From the NCBI GenBank assembly GCA_027923505.1, contig BROI01000011.1, positions 248,001 to 312,000 on the forward strand: a DNA stretch of 64,000 nt, given 5' to 3'. The notes under the pieces were generated by a model. It made no database searches and was not told the origin of the DNA. It was given only the letters and a program-made list of their open reading frames with translations. Numbering within the stretch: position 1 is the first letter of the stretch; the number at the start of each line of letters is the position of its first letter. Both the position numbers and the translations under genes were made by a program. Below, piece after piece: positions 42,448-55,600 of this stretch. The stretch comes from Mayamaea pseudoterrestris. Lineage: Eukaryota.

Positions 42448-43141
42448 GCGGGCTTGAAACTTTTAGCTATATACATCTCACGCTAAAAAAGCAATGATAT
42501 ACCAGGAATGTATTATAGAGTTTCTACTATTTTCTTTAGCATAAGCAACTGACTTCGCACATGGTCAAGTGTACAAGCTTGCACCTGGCGCACAAAGTAG
42601 ACGCAGCACTCGTCGTCTGCTTTCCCAAGAATTCTTCGAAAGATTAGCATATAAGCCCCAGAAGGCTAATTTCGACACATACGATAAGACAGTATTCGAA
42701 ATGACTCATACGGTCATTAGATGTCTAGCGTACGTCAGAATCACCACCTGCTGCTGGCTCAATTTGTAGAAGTATGAAATTACAACTAATGGAAGACAGG
42801 ATTGTACAAGTCCTTAAGTAAAGCTGTGATCGGTACATACCAGAAAGCTGTTTAACACTTGTTTTTGTCCATCTTGCAGGAAAGAGAATAGTTCGAGTCC
42901 GAACCGATTGAATTGATGAGTCACGAGCACAAGCTAATTATTGCGCCGCTCCATCATCATGACTCACATTCCATCCGTTGAAACTTCTCGTGCATCGCCA
43001 AAATGAAACACATCGAGCCAGCCGAGACATCACCCAAGACGTGATCCTCACATGAGATCTAATCTTGTGTTGCCGGGACCTCTTCCTTCATTCCAACGAC
43101 AATCAGATACAGGGCGTTACTGCTTCGCATTGGAAAGGAAT

Positions 43142-45312
43142 ATGAGAGTATACGCGCGGCAAACAGCAAGCTTGCTGCTTTTATGCTGCTTTCCAGTTGC
43201 ATTGGCGCAACATGAGAATCGTGGCGAAGAAGAATCGGACAACGCTTCTTTGCAACGCCGTCGCCTTGGCCTCATGACGGAACCAGTCATTGGTGGCGAA
43301 TCCTTGTATCTAAACGACGAAACTTTTCGGGGAATTGGTAACATTTTCTCGCGTGATGCAGACGAATTCATCCTCATGGCGGTGGGTGAACGACAAGGCA
43401 GCATGACGACGCCCTTGCCCACGAAAAGTCCAACGCGTCGTCCGCGGCGACGCACCCCTAGTCCAACAACAATGGCAAGCATCATGACTAATCTTCCGAC
43501 CATGGCTCCACCAACTGTAGCAACTATTACAAACGACCCAACGCCAACACCAACTCGCATGCCGACACTTGCTCCAGCCACTTCCTTTCCGACAATTGCT
43601 CCAGTCACTGCCAATCCAACCATTGCTCCCGCTACCGCCAGTCCCACTGTTGCACCTTCCGCAGCCGCCACTTTTGGGCTTCCGACGGGTGCTCCCTCGA
43701 CCAGCACGACGGCTTGTCCAATAGGTCAATCGCTCGAGCAATCGTGGCTCAATTTACTGTCGTCATACTCATTGCCAGCGTTGCTGCAGGATGCAGCCAC
43801 ACCGCAAGGACAAGCGTTTGTGTGGATGATGCAGCACGATTCTCTTGATCCGTGCAACTTTGACTTTAGTGTGGTGCAACGTTACGCACTGGCAGTGTTT
43901 TACTACGGTACGGGAGGAGTTGGCAGTAACATGTGGATCAACTCGACGAATTGGTTGCCCCAAGCCAGTGAATGCGAATGGTATGGCATTGTTTGCGACA
44001 ATGCCGGCGTGGTGACTCGCGTTGATCTTGGTACGTATACTAGATGGAGGTTGAGTGCGAGAGAGAGTTTACACAGTCGTTAATCGAAGATATCGTGTGC
44101 ACTCACTCGAACGATTTTTAGCCGAGAATGGACTGCAAGGAACAATTCCATCAGAGATTGCCCTTCTCAACTCTCTGGCAGTCTTTATATTGACTGGCAA
44201 TGCCATGACTGGTAGCCTACCCGTCGAGCTGTCTCGATTGACTTTGCTACAGGAAATTGATGTCGAGAGAAACAACATGACGGGCGAGCCACTACAAGTG
44301 TTGACAAGTATAAGCAGCCTGTCGTCAATTCGCCTATCATTCAACAAGTTTAATGGCAGCATTCCTAGTGGAATCTCCAACTGGGGCGGCAATGCGAAAC
44401 AGCTTTGGCTCGCGGGCAACTCGTTTACAGGAAGCGTTCCCAACTCGATTGGAACCTTGATATCGCTTGAAACGCTCCTTCTCAACGACAATCAACTATC
44501 TGGCCCGCTGCCGTCAGAGCTTGGAAATGCAAAGCTACTTGCGCTGCAGTGTCAAAATAATCTGCTGACTGGCACGATTCCCAGTACCTTGTTCATGAAC
44601 ACTAACTTGATGGTTCTGCGCCTGGATGGGAATCAACTGGCGGGTCCCCTTCCAAGTAGCATTGGCGATCTATCGGAGCTAGAGGATTTGAGATTGAACG
44701 ACAACATGCTGACCGGTCAGCTTCCAGTGCAGCTGTATGCTTTGAGTAAACTTGGTGAGTGCTTCATATTTTTTTGCTTCGGGGCAGATGGTTGAGCAAC
44801 GCTCGCGTGCAAATCTATTACTAATAACAACTAACAACTAACCATTTGCCGACTTTCTTATATCATTTCCAAACACAGAGTTCATTCTTCTCGCGGACAA
44901 CGCATTTTCGGGTCGACTACGAGACAACTTTGCCTCGTTTACAGCCTTGGACTTTTTCGACGTCCGCAACAATCAGCTCAGTGGCGTGCTGCCGCCGTCA
45001 CTGTTGGAGGCACCAGTCCTTCGAATCTTATACTTGTCGCACAACCAATTTGAAGGCACTATTCCAAATACACTGGGCCAAGCTAGCATTTTGCGAGATT
45101 TGTACCTTGATAACAACCAGCTATCAGGCACTGTGCCTAGCATCCAACAGGGACAAATGCCAAGCCTCAATGAGTTTCTTATCCAAAATAATACGATTGA
45201 TGGAGTCATGCCGGCATCAATCTGTAGTTTGTTCGGTAGCGACGGTGACTTGGAAGATCTATGGGCCGATTGCAACGAAGTGTCGTGCAGCTGCTGCACT
45301 GAATGTTATTAA
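43142..45312 (+). CDS. Secreted leucine-rich-repeat protein with Pro/Thr stalk; exons 43142-44030, 44122-44754, 44879-45312 (651 aa)
   Basis: Signal peptide, RRRL, PTxAP repeats, QRYALAVFYY..ECEWYGIVC cap, plant-type LxLxxNxLxGxIP repeats, terminal ADC..CSCCTECY. Confidence 0.92.
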
Positions 45313-45591
45313 CAGTAAATAGCGACAATCTTCAGAGGGGTGCACACGGAGACTTAACAGCGGCGAGAGCTGTCACATTAATAATTCATAAGCAACTAAA
45401 ATCTACTTCAAGTAAAAGGTATTTTTACAAATAGGTTCGTTTTGAGGTATAAATCCTTTTCGAACATGTTTGCGGCATTAAGAGAAGAGGAGTCTGCATC
45501 GCCGCCAAACCAAACTCTGTCACTGCGTCAAGGAACAAATACTCGCCAAATCTTGCGTTTGGACCGTATACCGCTAGGTCCACTCGATCAC

Positions 45592-46918
45592 CTACTTCTG
45601 TTTCTTGTCGGACTTGTTAAACGTCATGACGCGGCGCACGCCACCAGCCGTGCGGGACATCAAGCGAGAAAAGAGAGACTTTGCCGCCTCCGCGCGCTGC
45701 TGAATGAGCTGCTCGTAGCGCTCGCGACGCTTAACGTTACTCATCATGACATTTTGAATGTCAAACTGCATCGTGTTGAGCGGATCGTCAATGTCTTTGA
45801 GTGCGTCCATCGCAAACTCCTTCATCTTTGCAATCGTCATGGTAAATTCGGTACAGGATTTCTGCATGGCTCGCTCAAACTCCTCCTCGGCCACGCTCAC
45901 CTTGGTGCGACCATCCAAAAAGGCTTGAATGACTGGCATCGAGGGTGGATAGAGCTCGACAATCTCGTCCCAGTCAGGATCCTTCAACTCTTCATCGTCG
46001 GCGCCATCCTTGCCGCCGCTAGCCCCAGGCAACTCCTCGCCGTCCGCCGAGCGCTTCTTGCCAGACATGGTGACTCCATCCGCCTTGCCCTTGTCCAATC
46101 CATCTTGCTGCAACGCATCGTCGTCATGCGGGACGTCATAGACCGTCGTCGTCATCGTCGAGTCAACCTTCAAGACGCGTGACATGAGATTCTCGCACTT
46201 GGCGTCAAAGGCACTCTTGGCTTGCTCCAACGTTCCAAGAATGATTTTGCGACGCCCATGGTTCTCTGTCACGAGCTTGCAAACGTCAGAATCCAGAACG
46301 CCAATTTGATGAGAGTAGTGACGGAACGACTCGCCGGCCAAGGTTTCCGTAAAGTACTTGATCTTGTCCATCATGAAATCAAGCTGCTCCGCAAAGACTT
46401 GAACGACGCGTTCCTGCGCCTCGTCGCGCACCGACTGCTGCTCCAAAAAGGCTTGCGCATTCTTGTAGTGTGGCGAGTTTGGATCCATTTGCTGCAACTT
46501 GGAAATGGTGTCGGCCCACTTGGCTTGGTCAATCAAATCGACTTGCTCGTCCATGGCCGTAGGATTCATAGCTCCGTCATCGTTGGGAGGCGCATCCTGT
46601 TGAGCGTCAAGTGAAAACAAGCATGTGAGTATGCTGGATCAATTTCATTGCAATGTGTGACGTGCGAATTGGGCTTAACGTCGCGAAAACTCGACGAAAC
46701 AGTCATTGCCGGTCAATTGTAAATTCAATTACATCAAGATAAACACTCACCAGATACTCCTTTGCAGCAGTCGCTTCATACTCGGGCGGCGTCGAGTACT
46801 GTTCCTCCTCGTGTTGCTTGACTTGCGTTTTGCGCGGCTTTTTGTTGGGATGAGGCGTCTTGGGGTGAACCGGCTTGCTTCCAATATTCATGGACGTGGA
46901 ATCGAACGTGACAGTCAT
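45592..46918 (-). CDS. Hypothetical coiled-coil protein; exons 46918-46751 and 46596-45592 (390 aa)
   Basis: Long helical ORF. A phase-0 GT-AG intron links an upstream 56-codon exon. Confidence 0.7.
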
Positions 46919-47594
46919 GCTTGAAATGAGAGTCGATACTGCAGTAGAGAAAAAGGGCGCGTCCCGATTGACTTGAGAGAGCGAGTGAATGATAGCTGCT
47001 GCTAGATGCGATGAACGATCCTTGCTGCTCCTGCGTGAATGTTGTGTCGACGCTTTGACCGAGCGAGGAAAATGACAAGCGCGGGGTTGCAGCTTTGGCG
47101 CACTCACGCGGCGTTCGCAAAACAGCCGTTGGTTGGTGGTGCGATACAAATTTACTTAACGCTGATGCTCCTTGGCGATTGACATGAGTCGATCGAGTCG
47201 ACAATCTCCCTCCGTTCGTTCTTGAAGACGACCATGGCGAATGATTGCGAAGGAATTGCGGGTCAACTTGCTGATAGGAAAGTATTCACGCAGCAATCAA
47301 CGAAAAGTAAGCTGCATAGACAGTTATTGAATCAAGTTGTTAAAGGTTTCAGCGACAGATAGGAGGATACATTGCCGCTTTGCATCTTTCGAATTTCTCA
47401 TTCATTCAAATCGGAAATCGGACGAAGTCAGACAAAGGCTTATCTAAGCAGTAGACAAGAGCGAATCGCTTCCTGTTGAACGTTCATCTGTTTTTGACTC
47501 GTCACAATTTTGGAGGCCATCTACCGTAAATCTTCACTTGCTTTCCAATACGCTCGATTCTATTGACATTTAAACAACAATCGACGCAACAATA

Positions 47595-50500
47595 ATGAGC
47601 AGCAGCACTCTTAACAACGAGGAGGAAGGCTACATTGACTACTCCTGCTCCACCCCCGTGGAACGATTGGCGCGAGACGTGGAAATGGTGCTGCAAAGCT
47701 GGCATGTCACCAATGGAAGTGATCGACACGTTTCGCTATTGAATCCAGATGCTGCAGACGAACGGAACGACTCCGTTTCGAAACTCCACGCGAGCAGCAG
47801 TAGCGGCAGTCTCGCATCGTCCACCAATGCAGCAAACATCAAACAAGTGGAGCAGCGCTTGATTCGATCGGAACGAATCACTTGGGACTGTTCGTCACTG
47901 TCGGACGCCTCCTCGTCGTTCCTTGACGCGCACGACGATTTATCCGGAGTGCGCGTCCAATTGCAACTGTCGCTGTGGGACGCACCGCCATCTAGTCGAT
48001 CACAGTCTCAACATGAGCAGCTACCATCAGAGTCAAATATAGATGATCAAGCTATGAAAATGAATGACAGTGGCCTTCCATATTCGTTGGACCGACCAGT
48101 CGCACTGGAAGCATTTCCATCGGATCTGTTTCGAAACATTTCGTCGCTCTTTGGTATTGGGCAATACATTACATTGTCGCTCTCTGCCGATGACTTCGAC
48201 GAAGAATGCAGCAGCAGCAACAACAATGAACTTATGCTACTTCAATCGCTACTACTAGAGACGGCCACAGGCGTACTGGAGCGGCATGCGTCGACACGAG
48301 TCGTCATGACGGTGCTGCAGAATATTTGGTCCAACTGGCTGCAAACGGCCTTGAACATGGCAGTGAGCAGTTGTCAGTGCGCCATGCCAGTCTTTGGAAT
48401 GTGGGCGAAATATAATGGCGACGGAGTGCCGATGAATATAACGCAGCAAGACGTAAACTACAGCTCCATCATGTGGTGGAAGCCGCTGCGCGATATTTTG
48501 ACTGCTGAACAAGAAACAACGTCCAACAGCAGCACTGATGACACCGGCGTGAACGAGGCAGCAGCACTTTGGCGAAAGATCCAGCAAAACTACTACCGCG
48601 CCCGTCGGCGCATCACGCCGCAACTCGAGGTGAAGATGCTGAATGTGCGGCAGGTTCCACCGATTTGCAACGGGCAGCTGTGCTCATCCGGCTCCTGCGC
48701 TACGTTTACCCTCAGCGTTGTTCCGTTTGACAAGGAGCGATACAGTCTCATGCACCTTTCGACGTGGGGTGACTTGTTGATGACGCAAGCCAATGTGAGT
48801 GAAGCAGCCTTGTGGGGCGCGAAGCATGCTTACAGCTGGAAGAAACCCCAACGTGATCCAAAATATCAAGCAATGGACGACTGGCGTGGCGATCATTCTA
48901 CTGATTGTGTCTCGGGGCTGCATGAATCGGCTCGAACGATTGATATTTATCGACAAGAAAATCGAAACCTTGCCACAATGCTGCTTGAAGATGCTTTGGG
49001 CGCCTCGGCCAAAAATCCCATGTGGGGGCCAGTGGACGATCCTATTGCGAGCGTTCGAGTAGAAACTATTTGGAACGGAATACAGCATCGTCCGTCTCCA
49101 GGCTCACCCAGTACAGCTGTTGATCCACTCCTTTCATTTCCGTTAAAGACACGATCACGCCAAATGAGCGAATCTGATTGGAAAGAAATGCAAGAGTCTG
49201 TGGAGGGTATGATCCTTGATCCGCATAGGTCGAGCTTGTTTAAAGTTCTGGTGGAATTTGATTCCGAGACACCACATGCCTCTCTTGCAACGACAATGCG
49301 ATGCATTTTGGCGGCGTTGATTCGGTCAGCTACATTGCCTCCAGAAACATTGTGTTCGCATCTTATTGATATTCCCCTTATTCAAGGGTGGGATAACATA
49401 GCTGGGAATCTCGTGGCCCAAAGTTTAGCGGAAGCTGCGAATGTTTGCCCGGCAACGCAAGCGCTGGTGGCAGCAATGGACTGGGCAAACGCTGCTACGG
49501 ATATGATTGATGCGACGGAAGCATACGATATTGTTCGGCGGTTATTTGACGACGACTTTACACCCGACTTCCCTGCTCCGCCGGACAATTCGCCAAAGTT
49601 AACACCTCGACAATCGCTTTGCTTCAGAAACGCTGCGCCTCCTGGTCGGCTCCTCTCGCTTCTCTTCATGCACATGGCAAGAGTTCGATCGCCATCGTCG
49701 ATCGCGCTGGTCTGGAATGTGGTCGTTCAAGAGCTTCGAGAAAGATGGGAAAACAAAGAGAATATACCAAATATGAAATTTGCCTTGGGCCTTGATCCTA
49801 TTTACGAAAGGCCAAAAACCAAGCAGCGCTTCTCAGTCTGCAAATCAGTCGCCGCGGTGCCTGTCACGGACTTCGTACAGGATCCAGATAACAGCTACTG
49901 CTTGATCGGGCAAAAGCTCCAAGTACTCAACATTTGTGTTGCTACGGCATCGGTTGTCAACCATCATACTGAGCACTCTGAAAAGCGTCCTCGGCTTGCT
50001 TCATCCATTGAGTCGCCTTTGTCAACGAGCCTTTTGTCTGGCGACAGTGATAATGAAGAATTTTTCGATGCATTCGAGGGGGAGCACGATTTGACAATCA
50101 GCAATGACAAAAATGGCAGCGTTACGCAAAAATCGTCAAGTGTTTCTCGTCTGACTAGCGCAAAGCCCTTTCGCGAGCCTATTCTCCAGCGTGCATATCC
50201 ACTGACTGATGATGTAATTTCTGAACGAAAGATAATGATTGCAAAGCAGGACAGCGGCTTTACAACGGATCTATCGAGTCAGAAGCTTGAACTCATCCAT
50301 CGCTTTCAGCGACCAAAGCTGCTGAGTGATATGCAAGCGTTCAAGGCGTCAAACCCCGACGTTGTGTTCGATGATTTCGTAGCTTGGTACGGAGGCCCTG
50401 CAGATCCACTGCCAGAGTATCGTGACGACGAACCACTGTCGGCATCTAGTCGAAGCATTAGTCGTCGGAGGTCATCGCGAGCTAATTCTATGATGGAAAC

Positions 50501-51302
50501 TGCAGAGGAGCTCGACAAGGCAGCCGATTCGATCCGAGCACTGAATGCGACGCGTGTCTTTTGGCAGGAAACGTGGAATGCGGCAGAGCCTAGGACCGTA
50601 GCTGATCAGGAGCCGTTATTCGATGCAGTCGTCATGGCTGAAATGGCGCTGGATTACCTGGATACAATTCATCCTGCGAATCTTTTATGTCAGATCATGG
50701 CAGCTAATTTAAATGCAGCTTATTTTGCCCTGGTAAGCTCCGCTGGAGTCGCAATGCAAATTGGTGCTGTATCTCGAGTATTGCAAGAACTTCGCGAGAC
50801 CAGTGAAACAGTTATTAAGCTGCTTTCGTCTGATGTACTCGCTGCAGCGACGGCTAGCCGATCCAGGTCCAAACGAAGCTTACCAACAAGCATCGCCTCC
50901 ATTGACACACTTGCATCCTGTGAACGAGCCTGCGCACTCGTGGGCGAGTCAGAGGTCATAGTGTCTCGTGCCATGTACGTATATCACTTCGAGTTGATGC
51001 CTCCTTGAACTGCACCTCATCTCACTTCTATCGCATTCTATCCCAGCTCGCTCCTAAACAAACTTCCCGGTCAGTTTGATTTGATCGAAAACCTTCTTCG
51101 GAACCCCGAAGGAAGTTGGGTCAGTGTTACACCAGAAACCTCTCGAAACGCCGTACTCCATGCCATGGCTAGCCAACAACCCGAGGCGCGCGAGTATATG
51201 ATACGCGGACAGGATCCGTTGTCGCCGTGTCAGCTATGCGTTTCATACGGACCAGCAAACTCCACCGTGACCATTGCATTGGCCAGATGTTGGCGTATGT
51301 AA
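47595..51302 (+). CDS. RAB3GAP1: Rab3 GTPase-activating protein catalytic subunit-like; exons 47595-50974 and 51047-51302 (1211 aa)
   Basis: N-terminal DYSCSTPVERLARDVE..LQSW, APPGRLLSLL, W...VQELRERWE, LIGQKLQVLNIC, LLSDMQAFKASNP...FDDFVAWY, QEPLFD. Confidence 0.85.
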
Positions 51303-51669
51303 CGCTGCAACTGGACTATAACTATGCACTGCATGTCTTTATACCTTTCAGACTGATAACTGGTACCCAAAATAGTGGCTAGCACCCACTATTTATGAAA
51401 CCAGTACCTACCAATAGGTGGGAGTACCGGTATCGGTAGCTTGATCGACAAAGTACAAGTAGTAGTATGTTTTTGACTAACAGTAACAGTAAGATGGAAT
51501 ACCGGCATAGTGAAAACTTGTCGAATGAAAGTGCAAAAGGTGTCACACTTCGGAATTCACAGGAACAATTCTGACCATCATCATCAAACAACTTTTGCAA
51601 ACCACTTTACTCCGTTGTTATGAAAGGCGAGTGCGCAAGAGATTGAAACAAGTATAAACTATAACAATT

Positions 51670-52515
51670 ATGCAGTGTCCAATTTGCTATGACGAAATTC
51701 AGTTTGACGATGATGAAAGTGCCGCAATGGAATCTCGCGTCGAGAAGCAGTCACGTGCAGTTTGCTTGAAGGAATGCAAGCACACGTTTTGCAGCTCCTG
51801 TCTACAGGAACATTGCCATCAGTCAATCATGTCGTTTGGACGTTATGAGTTTATCGCATGTCCCATGAATCCCTTATGCAACTGCTACGTGATGGCGGAT
51901 GAAGTGCGCGACGTACTTTTTCCCGAGCATGAATCAGTGTACCAGCGATATGTTCGATGGAACCAACAAGCCAAGGATCCGACACTGGCGCCTTGTCCGA
52001 CATGTGGTCAACTAGCAAAGGCTCCTGTCTCGAGTGACATGAACGAAAGATTTGTGTCGGCTAATGGAACAATGCTTGCTTTAGATGCAAATCGACGAAG
52101 TTGTCTTGTCGAAACATGTCCTCAAGCAGTCTTTTGTTGCATTCGTGGAAATCTCCACGTGCACCAGACGTGCGGAGAATACATGACCATGCCTTCGATA
52201 CAGTCTTCTGAGCAACAGATTGCCATGTCGAATAAATTGATCGACTCAACCACAAAGCCTTGCTCCCACTGCGGCGTTCGCATTGAAAAATCGTTTGGAT
52301 GCGACTTGATCCTTTGCACGCGTTGCTTCAAGCACTTTTGTTACGATTGTGGGACGCACAAGCAACTGGAACGCATGTTCAAGCATTCGGATGACATGCA
52401 GGTCTGTCGGGGATGCAATCGAATGTACAACAATCATGGACAGTACCGAGATGCTCCGCATTGGAACTCTCGGCGAGCTAAGTGGAAACGAGAGTCGGGC
52501 TGTGTTGTGTCATAA
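51670..52515 (+). CDS. RBR (RING1-IBR-RING2) E3 ubiquitin ligase-like protein with terminal CaaX (281 aa)
   Basis: CPIC...CKHTFCSSCL...CP..LC; CPTC...FC; TKPCSHCGVRIEKSFGCDLILCTRCFKHFCYDC; ends CVVS. Confidence 0.88.
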   Translation: MQCPICYDEIQFDDDESAAMESRVEKQSRAVCLKECKHTFCSSCLQEHCHQSIMSFGRYEFIACPMNPLCNCYVMADEVRDVLFPEHESVYQRYVRWNQQAKDPTLAPCPTCGQLAKAPVSSDMNERFVSANGTMLALDANRRSCLVETCPQAVFCCIRGNLHVHQTCGEYMTMPSIQSSEQQIAMSNKLIDSTTKPCSHCGVRIEKSFGCDLILCTRCFKHFCYDCGTHKQLERMFKHSDDMQVCRGCNRMYNNHGQYRDAPHWNSRRAKWKRESGCVVS

Positions 52516-52679
52516 TATTGAGTTACTGTAAAGTATTGTGGCTAGCTGGCCACGAACGTAGTGGAGTGAATCCTGATCTGAACCGTTTACCGTTGTTCAA
52601 TCATGAAATTCTACAAGACATGTTGTTATAGAATTGCTAACAATCAACAGAGATAATTAACGTGTTGCCATAACTTAAA

Positions 52680-55600
52680 CTACTGGCAAATCTCAACATG
52701 CGCCGTCAAGTACTCGCGCGAATCGCTGCCTAGCGGAAAGGTCGAGTAAGATTGCCATGCATTTCGAGGCGAAACTGATTCGTCAAACACGTAGCTTGTG
52801 AGAGAAACAACTCCTGAAGTAAGTGGGAACATGTGAGGGTCGTTTGCCAGAGTTGCAACGGTATCGGCGAGGCAGATACCCAAATCGAGAACCTGGCCAC
52901 CGTCGCTGCCACGGCATTCACCGGCATAGAAAGTATACTCAATCGATGAGCCTGTCGCGGCGTCGGAATTCAAGATAATACTGAACTGATCCGGTGAAAT
53001 TGTTGCGTTACCAATCACCGTTCCAGAGTCTTCATCGCAACCTGAGGCTCCTACAATGACAACGCAGTCATCCACCAAGCCATCTTCAGCTGTATACTCG
53101 ATATTCCATCCCCACACTCCTCGTCCTTTCGTTTGCGTGTAACAGTTGAAGGATGGATCTGAGAAGCAAGTGGATCTACCCGGACAATAGACGTAGGCGT
53201 CTTCACAAGCGGCGTTGCTAGTCGGCTCAAGTGTCGCTCCACTGTTCGAAGTGGGAATAACATCGACTGTTCTTGTTGGAGATGACGTTCCTCTACTGAT
53301 TGAAGTAGTGGTTGGGTTCGGCGTTGGCGATGCCGTCGGAGCCGCTGTTGGAGCAACTGTCGGAGAAAGTGTCGGGCTGGTAGTTGGTGCATCCGTTGGT
53401 GCGTTTGTCGGCTGAGCCGTAGGTATTTTGGTTGGCGAGCCCGTTGGAGTCTTGGAAGGAGCACTTGTGGGATCTGAAGTTGGATTCGCGTCTGATTCTC
53501 CTGATTCAACAAATGGAGGCTGTGTCGATGAGGAGATCGAGGGGCTTCCCGCGGGTGATGGGAGTCCAGGAACTTGGCCACCGTCAACGCATTCGCAGAT
53601 CTCGGCATGTGCAGAGAGGTAGAGAGGCTCGCCAAAGTTTGACAGCTCAAAGATTTGGTATTTTGTACCATCTTGTGTCGTCCAATTGCTACTTGTCTTT
53701 CGTTCTTGATTTTTCGTATCAAAACTGTATTTCGTCTTTGGGTATCGAAGTTCGTTTGCCACAAGAGGATATGTCGAGACGTCGTACGGTGTAGGAGAAG
53801 AACACTCGGCTGAACCTCTCTGATAGGCAGCTCCTCCGTCAGACATTGGACATGTACCAACATACAATTGGAAGGTGGTGCTTGCATACTCGGAACGAAG
53901 GTACCATGTGAACGAGGAGTCTGATATTTCCGCATAGCCCAGAAGAAGAGTTGAATCGGCATCCACGTCACAATTTGGCACATTAGCTAAAATTTGGCAT
54001 TCAAGTGTTTCCGATTCATAGTCTATGGCGGATAAATCAATTGACCAGCCACTTGCATCTGATGAAGCTTCTACTCCGTCAAACTCGTTGAAACATTTTG
54101 ACGCAGTCGCGCCACAGTAAACGAATGCATCAACACAGTTGCCAAGTTCGCCGTAGTTCCCCGTTGTAGGAACTGTAACCGGTTTAGAAGCAGATGGGAT
54201 GTTGGATGATGGGGAAGTGGCGGTGGTCGGACTGTCAACTGGCTGCGATCCTGTTGGAACCTTTGATTCTTCGCCAGACACGGGCGCTGTCGTCGGAGAA
54301 GCTGCGGTGGTCGGACTTAAAACAGGCTGACTCGTAAATGGTGAGTCCGTGATGCTACCACTTGGAAGATTTATTGGCCTGGAACTCTTAGTTGGCGTAA
54401 CAAAACCTGAAGGCGAAGGCTCCATTACGAGAGTGGGAATAACTGATTTGACTCCAGCAGTTGGTGCACCGACTGGTCGCTTGGTTGGTGTTGCATCTAA
54501 AAGTGTCGGAGAGACGGTTACCCCGGACGGTGAATCAAAAACAAATGATGGCTCTGCTGTTGTTGAAGCGGGTGTTAAAGTTTCGCTTCCAGCAGGCGCA
54601 TTGATAGCCGAGGTTGGATGCGATGTCAACCCGACACTTGGAGCTCTTGTACCCATCTTCATGTTGCTTGACGACGGCATAGCTGTCTGCGCTTTCGTAA
54701 CGGGCACTGGTGTGGCCCGAGATAAGCGTGTCGGAGACGAACTTGGACCGTTCGTAGAGCCAACAAAAGATGTGGGTACTTGTGTTCCAGTACTAGGTTT
54801 ATCTGGACTCGCCGATGGTGATGCGGTTGTGGCCGATGGAAGAGTCTGCGTAGGGTTGGTAACGGTTGGGCTTGCCATAACATTTGGGGTGGAAGAAGCC
54901 ATGGTAGGAAGCTTTTGGATGTTCGACGGCATGTTGGTGGCAGCGTTGGTTGTGGGGCTTGTAGGAACACTCGGCAACGTCGGGCTAGAGGGGCTTGGTA
55001 TCGTGGGAAACATTATAGTTGGGCTCTGTGGCACACTAATTGCTGGAGAAGTTGACCCTTCTTCGTCAAAAGCGGGAGTTGGTGCGAGAGTGCTATCATT
55101 TGCAGTTGGTACTGATGGCGAAGACAAAGAGGTTGGCGTCGGCTGGGAAGCGGCAGTCGGGCTTCCAATGTCGGGCATGCCCGTCGTGCCGGAAGGACTG
55201 GTAGTAGGCACTGTGGGAGAGGCGACCGGTGCGATAGAAGTCGCCAATGGAGCCCGAGTGATAGCTACGCTTGGCGCAGATGGTGGGGAAGGCGTATCAG
55301 GTGGTCCTTGTATCAGCGTTGGGATTGCAGTTGCCGTAGAAGGCGACGGTTTTCCGTTTGCAACAGGAGATGCACTTGGACCTGCAAAACTTGGCGGCAG
55401 AGTCGGAAGAGCAGCTGGCTGTAATGTTGAGGTGGGTGTTGCATCAGCGGCAGTTGGTGCAGATGTAACTAATCCCAACGGCTTGGGTGTAACTCCCTGG
55501 ATAAGACTTGGACGAGCGGTGGTGCTCGTAGAAGTGGGAAGTGTAGGCACGCTTGCCGATGGTGACACGGGGGTACTGCCTGTAGGTGCACTCAATGGAG

